Positions 1-8,142 of a stretch of 64,000 nucleotides of DNA are shown here, in pieces; positions within the stretch are counted from its first letter, which is position 1, and each line of letters opens with the position of its first letter. The stretch covers positions 95,484 through 159,483 of the forward strand of contig DASZTF010000044.1 of NCBI GenBank assembly GCA_035548315.1. Reading direction: 5' to 3'. Source of the stretch: Minisyncoccota bacterium (GTDB lineage Bacteria; Patescibacteriota; Minisyncoccia; Phycocordibacterales; Phycocordibacteraceae). The notes under the pieces were generated by a model. That model ran no database searches. It was not told the origin of the DNA and saw nothing but the letters and a program-made list of their open reading frames with translations. Position numbers and translations under genes: made by a program.

Positions 1-439
1 ATTCCTACCGTATCTGCGCAGCTGCATCGGTATGGATGAGTTCATCCCGCCCACAGTGCCGGTAGGGAAGCGTCACGCCAATACGCTCCCTCGTCCGGAC
101 GTGCCCGCAGTACTCAAGGCCACGGTGTCTTCCGGGATGAAGGGCGTGTACTTCTCCGATATCGACGGCGATGGGTACACGTCCGCACTCGCCAAGGCGT
201 CCGCACTCAAGCATTCCTCGTGGATCTTGCAAGAACAGGTTCCGCAAGAGGCGCTCCCGATCGTGGTATTCGAGGAAGACGGTACGCGTGTCGTCCGCGA
301 CTACTTTCTGCGCATCACCGCGTATGTGCGTGCGGATGGGGTCGTGGATGCTGAGATCACCGGCCGCCCCGACCGTAAGGTCCACGGCGCGCCCGATTGC
401 ATCCAAATCCCCGTGATCTTGAACCGCGATTCCACCTAA
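1..439 (+). CDS. 5'-partial protein, possible ATP-grasp-like ligase C-terminus
   Basis: Frame open from position 2; VLKATVSSGMKGV and WILQEQV resemble ATP-grasp motifs; followed by a terminator. Confidence 0.55.
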   Translation, partial: FLPYLRSCIGMDEFIPPTVPVGKRHANTLPRPDVPAVLKATVSSGMKGVYFSDIDGDGYTSALAKASALKHSSWILQEQVPQEALPIVVFEEDGTRVVRDYFLRITAYVRADGVVDAEITGRPDRKVHGAPDCIQIPVILNRDST

Positions 440-460
440 TCGTGTGCTCCCTCAAACGAG

Positions 461-490
461 AAAGGGCGGCTGGAAACAGTCGCCCTTTTG
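461..490 (+). terminator. Intrinsic terminator
   Basis: AAAGGGCGGCTG-GAAA-CAGTCGCCCTTTT hairpin. Confidence 0.75.
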
Positions 491-510
491 TCATGCCGTA
501 TACTGGCGGT

Positions 511-684
511 ATGAAAATCGAATGGAATAAAGTGACGTGGTATTCGAAACTGATCGCTATCGTCGTGTACGTCGGTACGTTCGCGCTCGCGTTTTGGTTC
601 GGCCGCATGTACGAAGCAGCGCACCCCGCATATTCCTTCACGCCGGAGGGCTACCTCATCCCCGAAGGCCCTGCGGCGGAGTAA
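511..684 (+). CDS. Small single-TM membrane protein (57 aa)
   Basis: MKIEWNKVTWYSKLIAIVVYV; TATACT 6 nt upstream of ATG. Confidence 0.75.
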   Translation: MKIEWNKVTWYSKLIAIVVYVGTFALAFWFGRMYEAAHPAYSFTPEGYLIPEGPAAE

Positions 685-721
685 CAAAAAGGGGCCGGAA
701 CCTGCGTTCCGCCCCCTTCGC
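685..721 (-). terminator. Terminator, near-copy of 1402-1435
   Basis: AAAAAGGGGCCGGAAC-N4-GTTCCGCCCCCTTCGC between convergent genes. Confidence 0.75.
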
Positions 722-735
722 TTTTGTTTCGTTGA

Positions 736-1338
736 TTAGTGCCCGTCGAGCAGCACCGCCACTCGGGCGAGTTCTGCTTTCTCGTCCTTGAAGAACGCCT
801 GCACATCGATAAGGAGCCATTCGGGTGGTGTGCGGCACTTGAGGAGGGGGAGCGGATTGTCGAAAATCCGCCCCACTTTCCACAAGATGGCGATCACGTA
901 CGCCGCGGCGCCGATCGTCACCACACCGCTCATGGTCGAGGCGTAGCAGAGGAACGACAGGATGAACAGCAGCGCCACCGACAGGGTGAACAGGATCGCG
1001 TGGATCGGCAGCGGGATCTGTTCATCCCGGCGCTCGAGGAACTTCGCACGGTCGTTCTTTCTGAGCGCGGTGGTCAGCACTTCCGTGCGTTCCCACAAGC
1101 GCGGATAAACATACGCGACCGTGACGCCGAAGAAGAATGCGATCGATCCTGCACCACCAGCGGTGAGCGGGATCTCGTCTTCGTGCGGCGCATGGAAGCC
1201 CGTGAGCCGGAACAACAGATACCAGCCGAGCACTGCTATGGCCGCGATGAGAAGCGGCTCAGTGGCGAGCGCAAAAGCGGTGCGCCATTCCGTGCCATCG
1301 CGATTCGAAAGGCGTTTCAAGTTGGTGCCAAGGATCAT
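736..1338 (-). CDS. Hypothetical multi-TM membrane protein
   Basis: 200-aa ORF, four hydrophobic segments, GGGAGAG upstream, TTGACA at 1391-1396 (minus). Confidence 0.75.
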   Translation of the reverse strand: MILGTNLKRLSNRDGTEWRTAFALATEPLLIAAIAVLGWYLLFRLTGFHAPHEDEIPLTAGGAGSIAFFFGVTVAYVYPRLWERTEVLTTALRKNDRAKFLERRDEQIPLPIHAILFTLSVALLFILSFLCYASTMSGVVTIGAAAYVIAILWKVGRIFDNPLPLLKCRTPPEWLLIDVQAFFKDEKAELARVAVLLDGH

Positions 1339-1401
1339 GGCAATCTCTCCCGGTTACATTCGTATCTATATTGACTCAAAAATAGGAAGCTGTCAAGTAA
1401 G

Positions 1402-1435
1402 CAAAAGGGCCGGAACGTTTGTTCCAGCCCTTCGC
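1402..1435 (-). terminator. Terminator of the oxidoreductase gene
   Basis: AAAAGGGCCGGAAC-N4-GTTCCAGCCCTTCGC. Confidence 0.75.
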
Positions 1436-1449
1436 AATTCAAGAGGTGA

Positions 1450-2457
1450 TCACGACCCATTCAGCAGCTGCAGATACCGATGCATGGTCTGCAGGGCATC
1501 GGTGCCTTCGCCTGCTGCGGCGCTGATGCGCTTGGTCGACCCGAGGCGGACGTCTCCTGCGGCGAACACGCCGGGGATACACGTCTCGCGATGGAGAGGA
1601 CGGCGGTCGCCGCCTTTCCATGCGTCCTGGATCGCCAGCATATCGTGACCCGTGAGCACGAAGTTCTTCGGGTCGAGGCTGATCGTGCCGTTGAGCCATG
1701 CGGTCTTGGGCTGGGCGCCGATGAAGATAAACATTGCGTCCATTTTCATGGTGCGCTTCGTACCGGTCTTACGGTCGTTGAGTTCGATTTCCGTAAGACA
1801 CTCGCCGCCGTCGACCGCGGTCACCTCGACACCCTCGAGCACCTCGATGTTCGGCTGCTTCCGGATGCGATCCACCAAGTATCCCGACATTTCAAGGTCG
1901 AGCTCGCGGCGGATGAGCATCTTTACCTTGGCCGTCGGTTCCGCAGCAAGCTGCATCGCAGCCTGGCCTGCGGAATTGGCGCCGCCCACGACGCACACGG
2001 TTTTACCCGCGTACGCTCCAGACGATTGCTCGGGAACGCCGTAGTAGACGCCGTTGCCAAGGTATGTCGCGAGGTTCGCCGCGCCGAGTGTCCGGTAGGA
2101 CAACCCGTTCGCGAGAATCACGCCCTTGCAGCAGTACTGTTCACCGTCTTCCGTCGTGAGCACGATGCGCTGCCGCTCCGTGTCACGCTTCAGATTGCCG
2201 ATGCGCAGGGGACACAAGAGCTCAGCTTTGAACTTGGCGGCCTGCTTGACGCAGTTGAGCGCGAACTGCTGTCCAGATATCCCTTCTGGGAATGCGGGGT
2301 AGTTCTCGATCCGGCTGCTTCTGCGTGCCTGTCCGCCGAGCTCGGGGCCCGAGTCGAACACGACCGTTTTGAGTCGTTCTGATGCGGCGTTGATCGCGGC
2401 GGCAAGGCCGGCTGGCCCTGCACCCACAATTGCGACGTCGTACTCTTTGATTGGCAT
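1450..2457 (-). CDS. Thioredoxin reductase-like FAD/NAD(P) oxidoreductase lacking CXXC
   Basis: GAGPAG, GGANSAG, ETCIPGVFAAGDVR motifs; GVYYG in place of the CXXC segment; SD AGAGGAG. Confidence 0.9.
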   Translation of the reverse strand: MPIKEYDVAIVGAGPAGLAAAINAASERLKTVVFDSGPELGGQARRSSRIENYPAFPEGISGQQFALNCVKQAAKFKAELLCPLRIGNLKRDTERQRIVLTTEDGEQYCCKGVILANGLSYRTLGAANLATYLGNGVYYGVPEQSSGAYAGKTVCVVGGANSAGQAAMQLAAEPTAKVKMLIRRELDLEMSGYLVDRIRKQPNIEVLEGVEVTAVDGGECLTEIELNDRKTGTKRTMKMDAMFIFIGAQPKTAWLNGTISLDPKNFVLTGHDMLAIQDAWKGGDRRPLHRETCIPGVFAAGDVRLGSTKRISAAAGEGTDALQTMHRYLQLLNGS

Positions 2458-2622
2458 GGTGATTTCTCCTCTAAATTGCCAGAGAGCTTTGCGCACATTC
2501 AGTGCGCAGCATAACATGCATTCTATGGAAAGTCAACTACCAGGTGCACCCTGATTTGAGCCGTTTTGCCCCTTCCGGCAGCGGTATACTAGAGGCATTA
2601 GCCCTCGCACATATATTTATTT

Positions 2623-3054
2623 ATGATTCTCATGATCAACTGGGCAGCAGTCGTCGTGGCAGCGATTATCAATATGGTGCTCGGCATGCTCTGGTATGGG
2701 CCGCTCTTCGGTAAGTATTGGATGAGCGCCACCGGTGTGTCGCGCGATGCGATGCAGAACAATCCGTCTGCTAAGAGCGCGATGTACCGCTCGATGGTGA
2801 TCGCGTTCATCCTCGCGCTCGTGCAGAACTTCGTATTCGCACACATGATCGGCTTCACCTCGGGCCTCTCAGGCATCTCGGGAGTCCAGGACGGCCTCTG
2901 GCTCGGATTCTTCATCTGGCTCGGCTTCGTGCTCCCGGCGCACTCGGGCGTCACGCTCTGGGAAGGGAAGCCGCTCAAGCTCTGGGCCGTCTACTCGGGC
3001 TACTACCTGGTGCTCCTCCTCATCAACGGCGCGGTGCTTGGTGCGTGGATGTAG
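2623..3054 (+). CDS. DUF1761-like membrane protein
   Basis: INWAAVVVAA..LGMLWYGPLFGKYW pattern; start may be 2632. Confidence 0.8.
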   Translation: MILMINWAAVVVAAIINMVLGMLWYGPLFGKYWMSATGVSRDAMQNNPSAKSAMYRSMVIAFILALVQNFVFAHMIGFTSGLSGISGVQDGLWLGFFIWLGFVLPAHSGVTLWEGKPLKLWAVYSGYYLVLLLINGAVLGAWM

Positions 3055-3068
3055 TCATATAAAAGCCA

Positions 3069-3092
3069 ATCGCGCGTCTGGAGACGCGCGAT
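3069..3092. terminator. Hairpin between convergent genes
   Basis: ATCGCGCGTCT-GG-AGACGCGCGAT. Confidence 0.6.
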
Positions 3093-3283
3093 CATAGGCC
3101 AATGGCCAGCAAGATAAGGCTGAGCGCGAGCGTTGCCACCGCAAGCACCGAGAGGGTGTCGAACCCATCTCTACCAAAGCCGTAGTCGAAGTCCAGCTTG
3201 AAGCTGAAGTCATGCCTCATGAGGGCCCGGGTGAAGAACATAAGCACGCTCACAATGAACACTTTTAAGCTTAGTGGCAGCAT
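3092..3283 (-). CDS. Small 2-TM hypothetical protein (63 aa)
   Basis: SD AAAGGAGG upstream of ATG; two hydrophobic segments. Confidence 0.6.
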   Translation of the reverse strand: MLPLSLKVFIVSVLMFFTRALMRHDFSFKLDFDYGFGRDGFDTLSVLAVATLALSLILLAIGL

Positions 3284-3336
3284 AGCCCGCCTCCTTTCGT
3301 CCGGGAGTATCACATAGAACGTGCACATGGGCAACC

Positions 3337-3368
3337 ATCGAATCACCGCATTAATGCGGTGATTCGAT
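3337..3368. promoter_or_regulatory. Perfect 32-bp palindrome, candidate operator
   Basis: ATCGAATCACCGCATT/AATGCGGTGATTCGAT with no loop, 15 nt before TATACT of the AbrB-like gene. Confidence 0.6.
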
Positions 3369-3395
3369 CGCTGCCAGGTGGGGTATACTGGGGCT

Positions 3396-3587
3396 ATGGC
3401 AGGGAGGAGGAAAGAAGGGCAGGAACTGATCCGCTCGCTCGTGAAGACGTCGGGCGGGAGGTCCTACAGCATCTCGATCCCCATAGAGGTAATCCGCGCC
3501 TTCCGCTGGGAGAAGCGCCAGAAGCTCGAGCTCTCCATCGACCCCAAGCGCAAAACCATCACCATCTCCGATTGGCCTAAAAAGTAA
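3396..3587 (+). CDS. AbrB/MazE/SpoVT-like DNA-binding protein
   Basis: GRSYSISIPIEVIRAFRWEKRQKL pattern; TATACT-N6-ATG. Confidence 0.8.
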   Translation: MAGRRKEGQELIRSLVKTSGGRSYSISIPIEVIRAFRWEKRQKLELSIDPKRKTITISDWPKK

Positions 3588-3589
3588 TC

Positions 3590-4576
3590 ATGGCGAAGAC
3601 CTTACATGCTGCGAGGTCGCAGAAAAAGGACGAATTCTATACTCAACTTGCGGATATTGAGAATGAACTAAAGCACTACAAGGATCAGTTCCGAGGCAAG
3701 ACCGTATTTTGTAATTGTGATGATCCACGAGAAAGCAATTTCGTTAAATACTTCACAAACAACTTTGAGAAGCTAGGGCTTAAGAAATTAATAGCGACAC
3801 ACTACAAAGATGCGACTCTGTTTTCTCACGAACCGCCATATAAGTTGGAGTATGTTGGCGATAGAAATGGGAATCATTTGCCAGATCCGAGCGAACTCAT
3901 AACCAAGATGATAAGTGATGGTGATTTCCGTAGTGAAGAGTGCATCGACTTATTGCAGGAAGCAGACATTGTAGTTACCAATCCACCTTTCTCTCTTTTC
4001 AGAGAATACGTTGCTCAGCTTGGTAAGTACAATAAGAAATTTTTGATTATTGGCAACACAAACGCGATCACTTATAGGGAAATATTTGATCTAATCAAGG
4101 AAGACAAAATGCGCACAGGATATACGAATTTCAATATCGGCATGTTCTTTGTTGTACCCGATGACTGGGAACAGTTCCATCACATCGATAAGGATGGAAG
4201 AAAAATTGCACGAGTATCTACTTCATGTTGGTTCACTAACCTCGAAGTTGAACGACATAAAGAGAAAATAACACTCTATAAAAGGTATTCTCCGTCTGAG
4301 TACCCTAAGTATGATAATTATGATGCTATCGAAGTCTCGAAAGTATCAGAAATCCCGATGGACTATGAAGGTAATATGGGCGTGCCAATAACCTTTCTTG
4401 ACAAATTCAATCCAGAGCAGTTTAAGATCATTGGGAGTTTTAACGCAGGTGCTCACGGGGAAGAGCTTGGCGCTGTAAAAACCGAGACGCATACTAAAGG
4501 CAGAGTGATTATGTGGAATGGGCCCGTCGTAAATAAGCAGCCGTTATATAAGCGTATTATTGTTAAGCGGAAATAA
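3590..4576 (+). CDS. Adenine-specific DNA methyltransferase, EcoRI-like family
   Basis: DEFYT, CNCDDP, GDFRS, VVTNPPFS motifs; low GC. Confidence 0.92.
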   Translation: MAKTLHAARSQKKDEFYTQLADIENELKHYKDQFRGKTVFCNCDDPRESNFVKYFTNNFEKLGLKKLIATHYKDATLFSHEPPYKLEYVGDRNGNHLPDPSELITKMISDGDFRSEECIDLLQEADIVVTNPPFSLFREYVAQLGKYNKKFLIIGNTNAITYREIFDLIKEDKMRTGYTNFNIGMFFVVPDDWEQFHHIDKDGRKIARVSTSCWFTNLEVERHKEKITLYKRYSPSEYPKYDNYDAIEVSKVSEIPMDYEGNMGVPITFLDKFNPEQFKIIGSFNAGAHGEELGAVKTETHTKGRVIMWNGPVVNKQPLYKRIIVKRK

Positions 4577-4577
4577 T

Positions 4578-5669
4578 ATGAAAATCGAACTACAGCGTAT
4601 TCCCATTCGCGAAGTGGTTGAAGGGTACAAAGATAGCGCTGAGGAGGGCGTCACTGCTTACGCAGGGAGGCTCGATATTCGGCCTAAATACCAACGTGAA
4701 TTTGTGTACAAGGGACATCAGCGTGACGCCGTCATCGAGACCGTCAAAAAAGGATTCCCCCTTAACGTTATGTACTGGGTGAAAACCGATGAGGGCGGGT
4801 ACGAAGTCTTGGATGGTCAACAGCGAACAATTAGCATTGGGCAGTACGTAAATGGCGACTTTTCGCTTAATGAAAGATACTTCCATAACCTAACTACGGA
4901 AGAGCAGGACCAGATTTTGAATTACGAATTGATGATTTATTTTTGTGAAGGCACTGATAAAGAGCGGCTTGACTGGTTCCGCATCATAAATATTGCTGGC
5001 GAGAAGCTCACCGAACAGGAACTGCGTAACGCCGTTTATACGGGGCCCTGGCTCTCAGATGCAAAGTTAAAATTTAGTAAGTCGAATTGCGCGGCTTATC
5101 TACTTGCGAATGATCATGGAAAGCTGGTTGAAGGCTCGCCAATTAGGCAGCAGTATCTGGAAACTGTGCTGTCCTGGATTAGCGATGAAAAGATTGAGGA
5201 TTATATGGCTCGACATCAGCACGACCCTAATGCCGATGATCTATGGGAATACTTTCAGGGTGTTATCGCATGGGCTCGTAGTACATTTCCGAATTATCGT
5301 CATGAAATGGCGAGTGTCGACTGGGGCAGCTTGTACAACGAATTCAAAGATGCAAAGTTAGATCCTAAGAAGCTAGAGATGGAGGTGAAGGAATTAATGC
5401 AGGACGAAGATGTCACCAAGAAGTCAGGTATATACCCATATCTTCTGACTAAGAAGGAGAAGCACCTGTCGATACGTGCATTTACCGATAAGATGAAGCG
5501 AGAAACTTATGAACGACAAGACGGTATTTGTCCGGTATGTAAGAAGCATTGGGATATTTTAGAAATGGAAGCAGATCACATAACGCCATGGCACGAAGGA
5601 GGTAAAACTACTGCCGACAACTGCCAAATGCTTTGCAAAGAGGATAATCGTAGGAAGTCAGGGAAGTAG
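4578..5669 (+). CDS. DUF262 (GmrS/ParB-like) + HNH endonuclease
   Basis: PKYQREFVY and LDGQQRT (DUF262); CPVC..ADHITPW..GGKT..NCQMLC..N (HNH). Confidence 0.9.
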   Translation: MKIELQRIPIREVVEGYKDSAEEGVTAYAGRLDIRPKYQREFVYKGHQRDAVIETVKKGFPLNVMYWVKTDEGGYEVLDGQQRTISIGQYVNGDFSLNERYFHNLTTEEQDQILNYELMIYFCEGTDKERLDWFRIINIAGEKLTEQELRNAVYTGPWLSDAKLKFSKSNCAAYLLANDHGKLVEGSPIRQQYLETVLSWISDEKIEDYMARHQHDPNADDLWEYFQGVIAWARSTFPNYRHEMASVDWGSLYNEFKDAKLDPKKLEMEVKELMQDEDVTKKSGIYPYLLTKKEKHLSIRAFTDKMKRETYERQDGICPVCKKHWDILEMEADHITPWHEGGKTTADNCQMLCKEDNRRKSGK

Positions 5670-5673
5670 GTTT

Positions 5674-6024
5674 ATGGCGTCTAAGAAAACCATCTACGTC
5701 GCACATCCGATCTCGGGGGATTTGGAGGGGAACCAGAAGAAGGTGCTAGCCATTTGCGAAGAAATACATCGCCAGGGAGTTATTCCGGTTGCGCCGTACC
5801 TAGTCTCATTGCAGTACTTTAATGATGACATTCAAGAAGATAGGGAACTCGGGATAGAGGCGAGCCTTGAGCACTTCCGACGCGGATTTGTCGACGAGCT
5901 CTGGCTCTACGGGGACCGCATATCCAAGGGTATGTGGGGAGAAATACGCACGGCTCGTGAACACAACGTCCCTGTATTTGCTAAGACACCAGAAACCGAG
6001 CGAGATCTCGCAAACGAATCCTAG
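5674..6024 (+). CDS. DUF4406 / nucleoside deoxyribosyltransferase-like protein
   Basis: IYVAHPISG..PVAP..DELWLYGDRISKGMWGE pattern. Confidence 0.7.
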   Translation: MASKKTIYVAHPISGDLEGNQKKVLAICEEIHRQGVIPVAPYLVSLQYFNDDIQEDRELGIEASLEHFRRGFVDELWLYGDRISKGMWGEIRTAREHNVPVFAKTPETERDLANES

Positions 6025-6028
6025 GATT

Positions 6029-6484
6029 ATGCAGTATTGGTTAATGAAGACGGAGCCGGAGGAGTTCTCGATCGATGACTTGAAACGCATCAAGGTCGAG
6101 CCGTGGTCGGGCGTGCGCAATTACGCCGCGCGCAATTATATGGTGCGGGATATGAAGGTGGGGGACATGGTGCTGTTCTACCACTCGAGCTGCGAGGTGC
6201 CGGGCGTGTATGGACTCGCGAAGGTCTCGCACCTTGCTGAGCCCGACGCCGCGCAGTTCGATAAGAAAAGTAAGTACTTTGATCCGAAGGCAAAGAAGGA
6301 GAAGCCGACCTGGTACGGCGTGCGAGTGCGGTTCGTACGCAAGCTCAAGAAGCCAGTTCCACTCGCGACGCTCAAGAACGAGAAGAAGCTGGCGAACATG
6401 TTCCTTTTCAAGAACGGGCGCCTGTCCGTGGGTCCGGTCACACCGGCGGAATACGCGCACATCGTGAAGCTCGCGGGTGCGTGA
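6029..6484 (+). CDS. EVE domain protein
   Basis: YWLMKTEP..WSGVRNYAARN..GDMVLFYHS..RLSV. Confidence 0.93.
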   Translation: MQYWLMKTEPEEFSIDDLKRIKVEPWSGVRNYAARNYMVRDMKVGDMVLFYHSSCEVPGVYGLAKVSHLAEPDAAQFDKKSKYFDPKAKKEKPTWYGVRVRFVRKLKKPVPLATLKNEKKLANMFLFKNGRLSVGPVTPAEYAHIVKLAGA

Positions 6485-6485
6485 T

Positions 6486-6854
6486 ATGGCGATCGCAGTG
6501 ATAGAGCTGCCGCGGATGCGGCGGGGGACGAGACAATATAAGACGGCCGTGAAGGTGGCGCGCGAGCTCGCGACGGCGCGGGTGCAGCACTTCAATGCGC
6601 ACTATGGTGCGCGGCACACGAGCATCACGATACGCAAGCAGCGTACGCGGTGGGGGAGCGCGAGCACGCGCGGCACGCTGTCATTCAATTACCGGATCGT
6701 GCACCTGCCGCCGGAACTCGTGGACTACATCATCGTGCACGAGCTGTGCCACTTGATCGAGATGAATCATTCGACCCGATTCTGGGCGCGGGTAGCAGAG
6801 ACCGTCCCCGATTGGAAGGAACACCGGAAGGCGCTGCGCCGCTACCGGTTCTAA
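6486..6854 (+). CDS. YgjP/DUF45 (M48-like) metalloprotease domain protein
   Basis: QRTRWGS..DYIIVHELCHLIEMNHSTRFW. Confidence 0.88.
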   Translation: MAIAVIELPRMRRGTRQYKTAVKVARELATARVQHFNAHYGARHTSITIRKQRTRWGSASTRGTLSFNYRIVHLPPELVDYIIVHELCHLIEMNHSTRFWARVAETVPDWKEHRKALRRYRF

Positions 6855-6862
6855 GGCGGAGA

Positions 6863-7291
6863 CTATTTACGACCCTTGAGGCGTGCTGCGAAGTGGAAGC
6901 TCGCATACGCGAGATACGCGGCGAATGCGACGCCGACCCAGGAGAGCCAGAGCGGCACCGTGAGGTCCCCCACGATGAGCTCCCAGCCGAACACCAGTCG
7001 CATCGCGTGTATCACGGCGACGAAGAGGAAAATGAGTCCTGCGATGGTGACGAGCATGCGCTCAGATGGTGAGTGGATCGGGCTCTTCATGTGCCAGCCG
7101 TAGTACACCAGCATGAGGAGCAGCGCGACATTGAACACCAGCGCCGGGCCGACGCTGTCGGCGGTAAACGGCGTACCCGCAAGGATCACCGGAGTGAGTC
7201 CGACGGCGCTGAACCACAGCACGAACGCGAGCTTCGCCGCGACCATGCCCGAAAGGAACTTACATGCTTCCCGGAGTGTGTGATGGGTCAT
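6863..7291 (-). CDS. Hypothetical 4-TM membrane protein
   Basis: Hydrophobic ORF; CATACT-N6-ATG. Confidence 0.75.
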   Translation of the reverse strand: MTHHTLREACKFLSGMVAAKLAFVLWFSAVGLTPVILAGTPFTADSVGPALVFNVALLLMLVYYGWHMKSPIHSPSERMLVTIAGLIFLFVAVIHAMRLVFGWELIVGDLTVPLWLSWVGVAFAAYLAYASFHFAARLKGRK

Positions 7292-7395
7292 GAAGATAGT
7301 ATGAAGCCGGTGGCAACTTTTACCACCACATGTCCACAGGTGCTCCACGGATAGCTTCCCTGCGGCGCAAGCTTCTCGGGAACTATCCGTTCCGC

Positions 7396-8142
7396 TTACA
7401 CAAGCATCGCCTTGATCACGAGCGCGGTTTCTTCGGGGTTCGCGACTTGCTGCGTTTTGATGCCGGTTTCTTTCACGACATCATCGTTCCCGCCCGGATA
7501 GAGCTGATCGCCGATGTAGAGCATATCAGCAATGGGAATGTTCAGATGCTCGGAAAGTCTGCGGATGCCGAATGCTTTATTCACGCCGTGCTTGGTCACA
7601 TCGATGGAGGTCGACCCGCCGCGCTTCACATCGTACTGCGGGAGGAGCGGGGCGATCGCGTTACGCAGCTGCTCGCGCTTGGTCTGGTCCGGATCCCATG
7701 CGAGCTTCTCCTCGACCGGGGCTTCCTGTCCGAAGACCGACAGTGTGACCTCTGAGCCGCGGAACTCGATGCGGTCGCCGTGCGACGGGGTAGAAAAGTC
7801 CACGAGCCCGGTCTTTTCCGCACCCTCCATAAGTGCGTCGCGGATAGTGAGGGCATCTTCCTCGGTCAGCGTTTCTATATACACGGGCGACCACTCGCCG
7901 AGTGCGTACTCGTAGAGCGCTGCTCCCGATGTGGGAAGAAGGTATAGATTCGTAAATGCAGCGTCGCTCGGCAGCTGGTCGACGAGCTGCTTTTTGAATT
8001 GCTCGAGTTTTCCGCCGCCCACGAGCGCGACTTTTGCTTTCCGCAGGAGCGCGGTGAGCGCGATCGCCATGTCGACTTCGAGCGGCGCTTTGCTCACGGT
8101 CAGGGTGTTGTCGATATCAAAGCAGATGAGCTTGGGAATCAT
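7396..8142 (-). CDS. HAD-IIB hydrolase, phosphomannomutase-like
   Basis: FDIDNTL, IEFRGS, GGSTSIDV, GDQLYPGGND motifs. Confidence 0.88.
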   Translation of the reverse strand: MIPKLICFDIDNTLTVSKAPLEVDMAIALTALLRKAKVALVGGGKLEQFKKQLVDQLPSDAAFTNLYLLPTSGAALYEYALGEWSPVYIETLTEEDALTIRDALMEGAEKTGLVDFSTPSHGDRIEFRGSEVTLSVFGQEAPVEEKLAWDPDQTKREQLRNAIAPLLPQYDVKRGGSTSIDVTKHGVNKAFGIRRLSEHLNIPIADMLYIGDQLYPGGNDDVVKETGIKTQQVANPEETALVIKAMLV

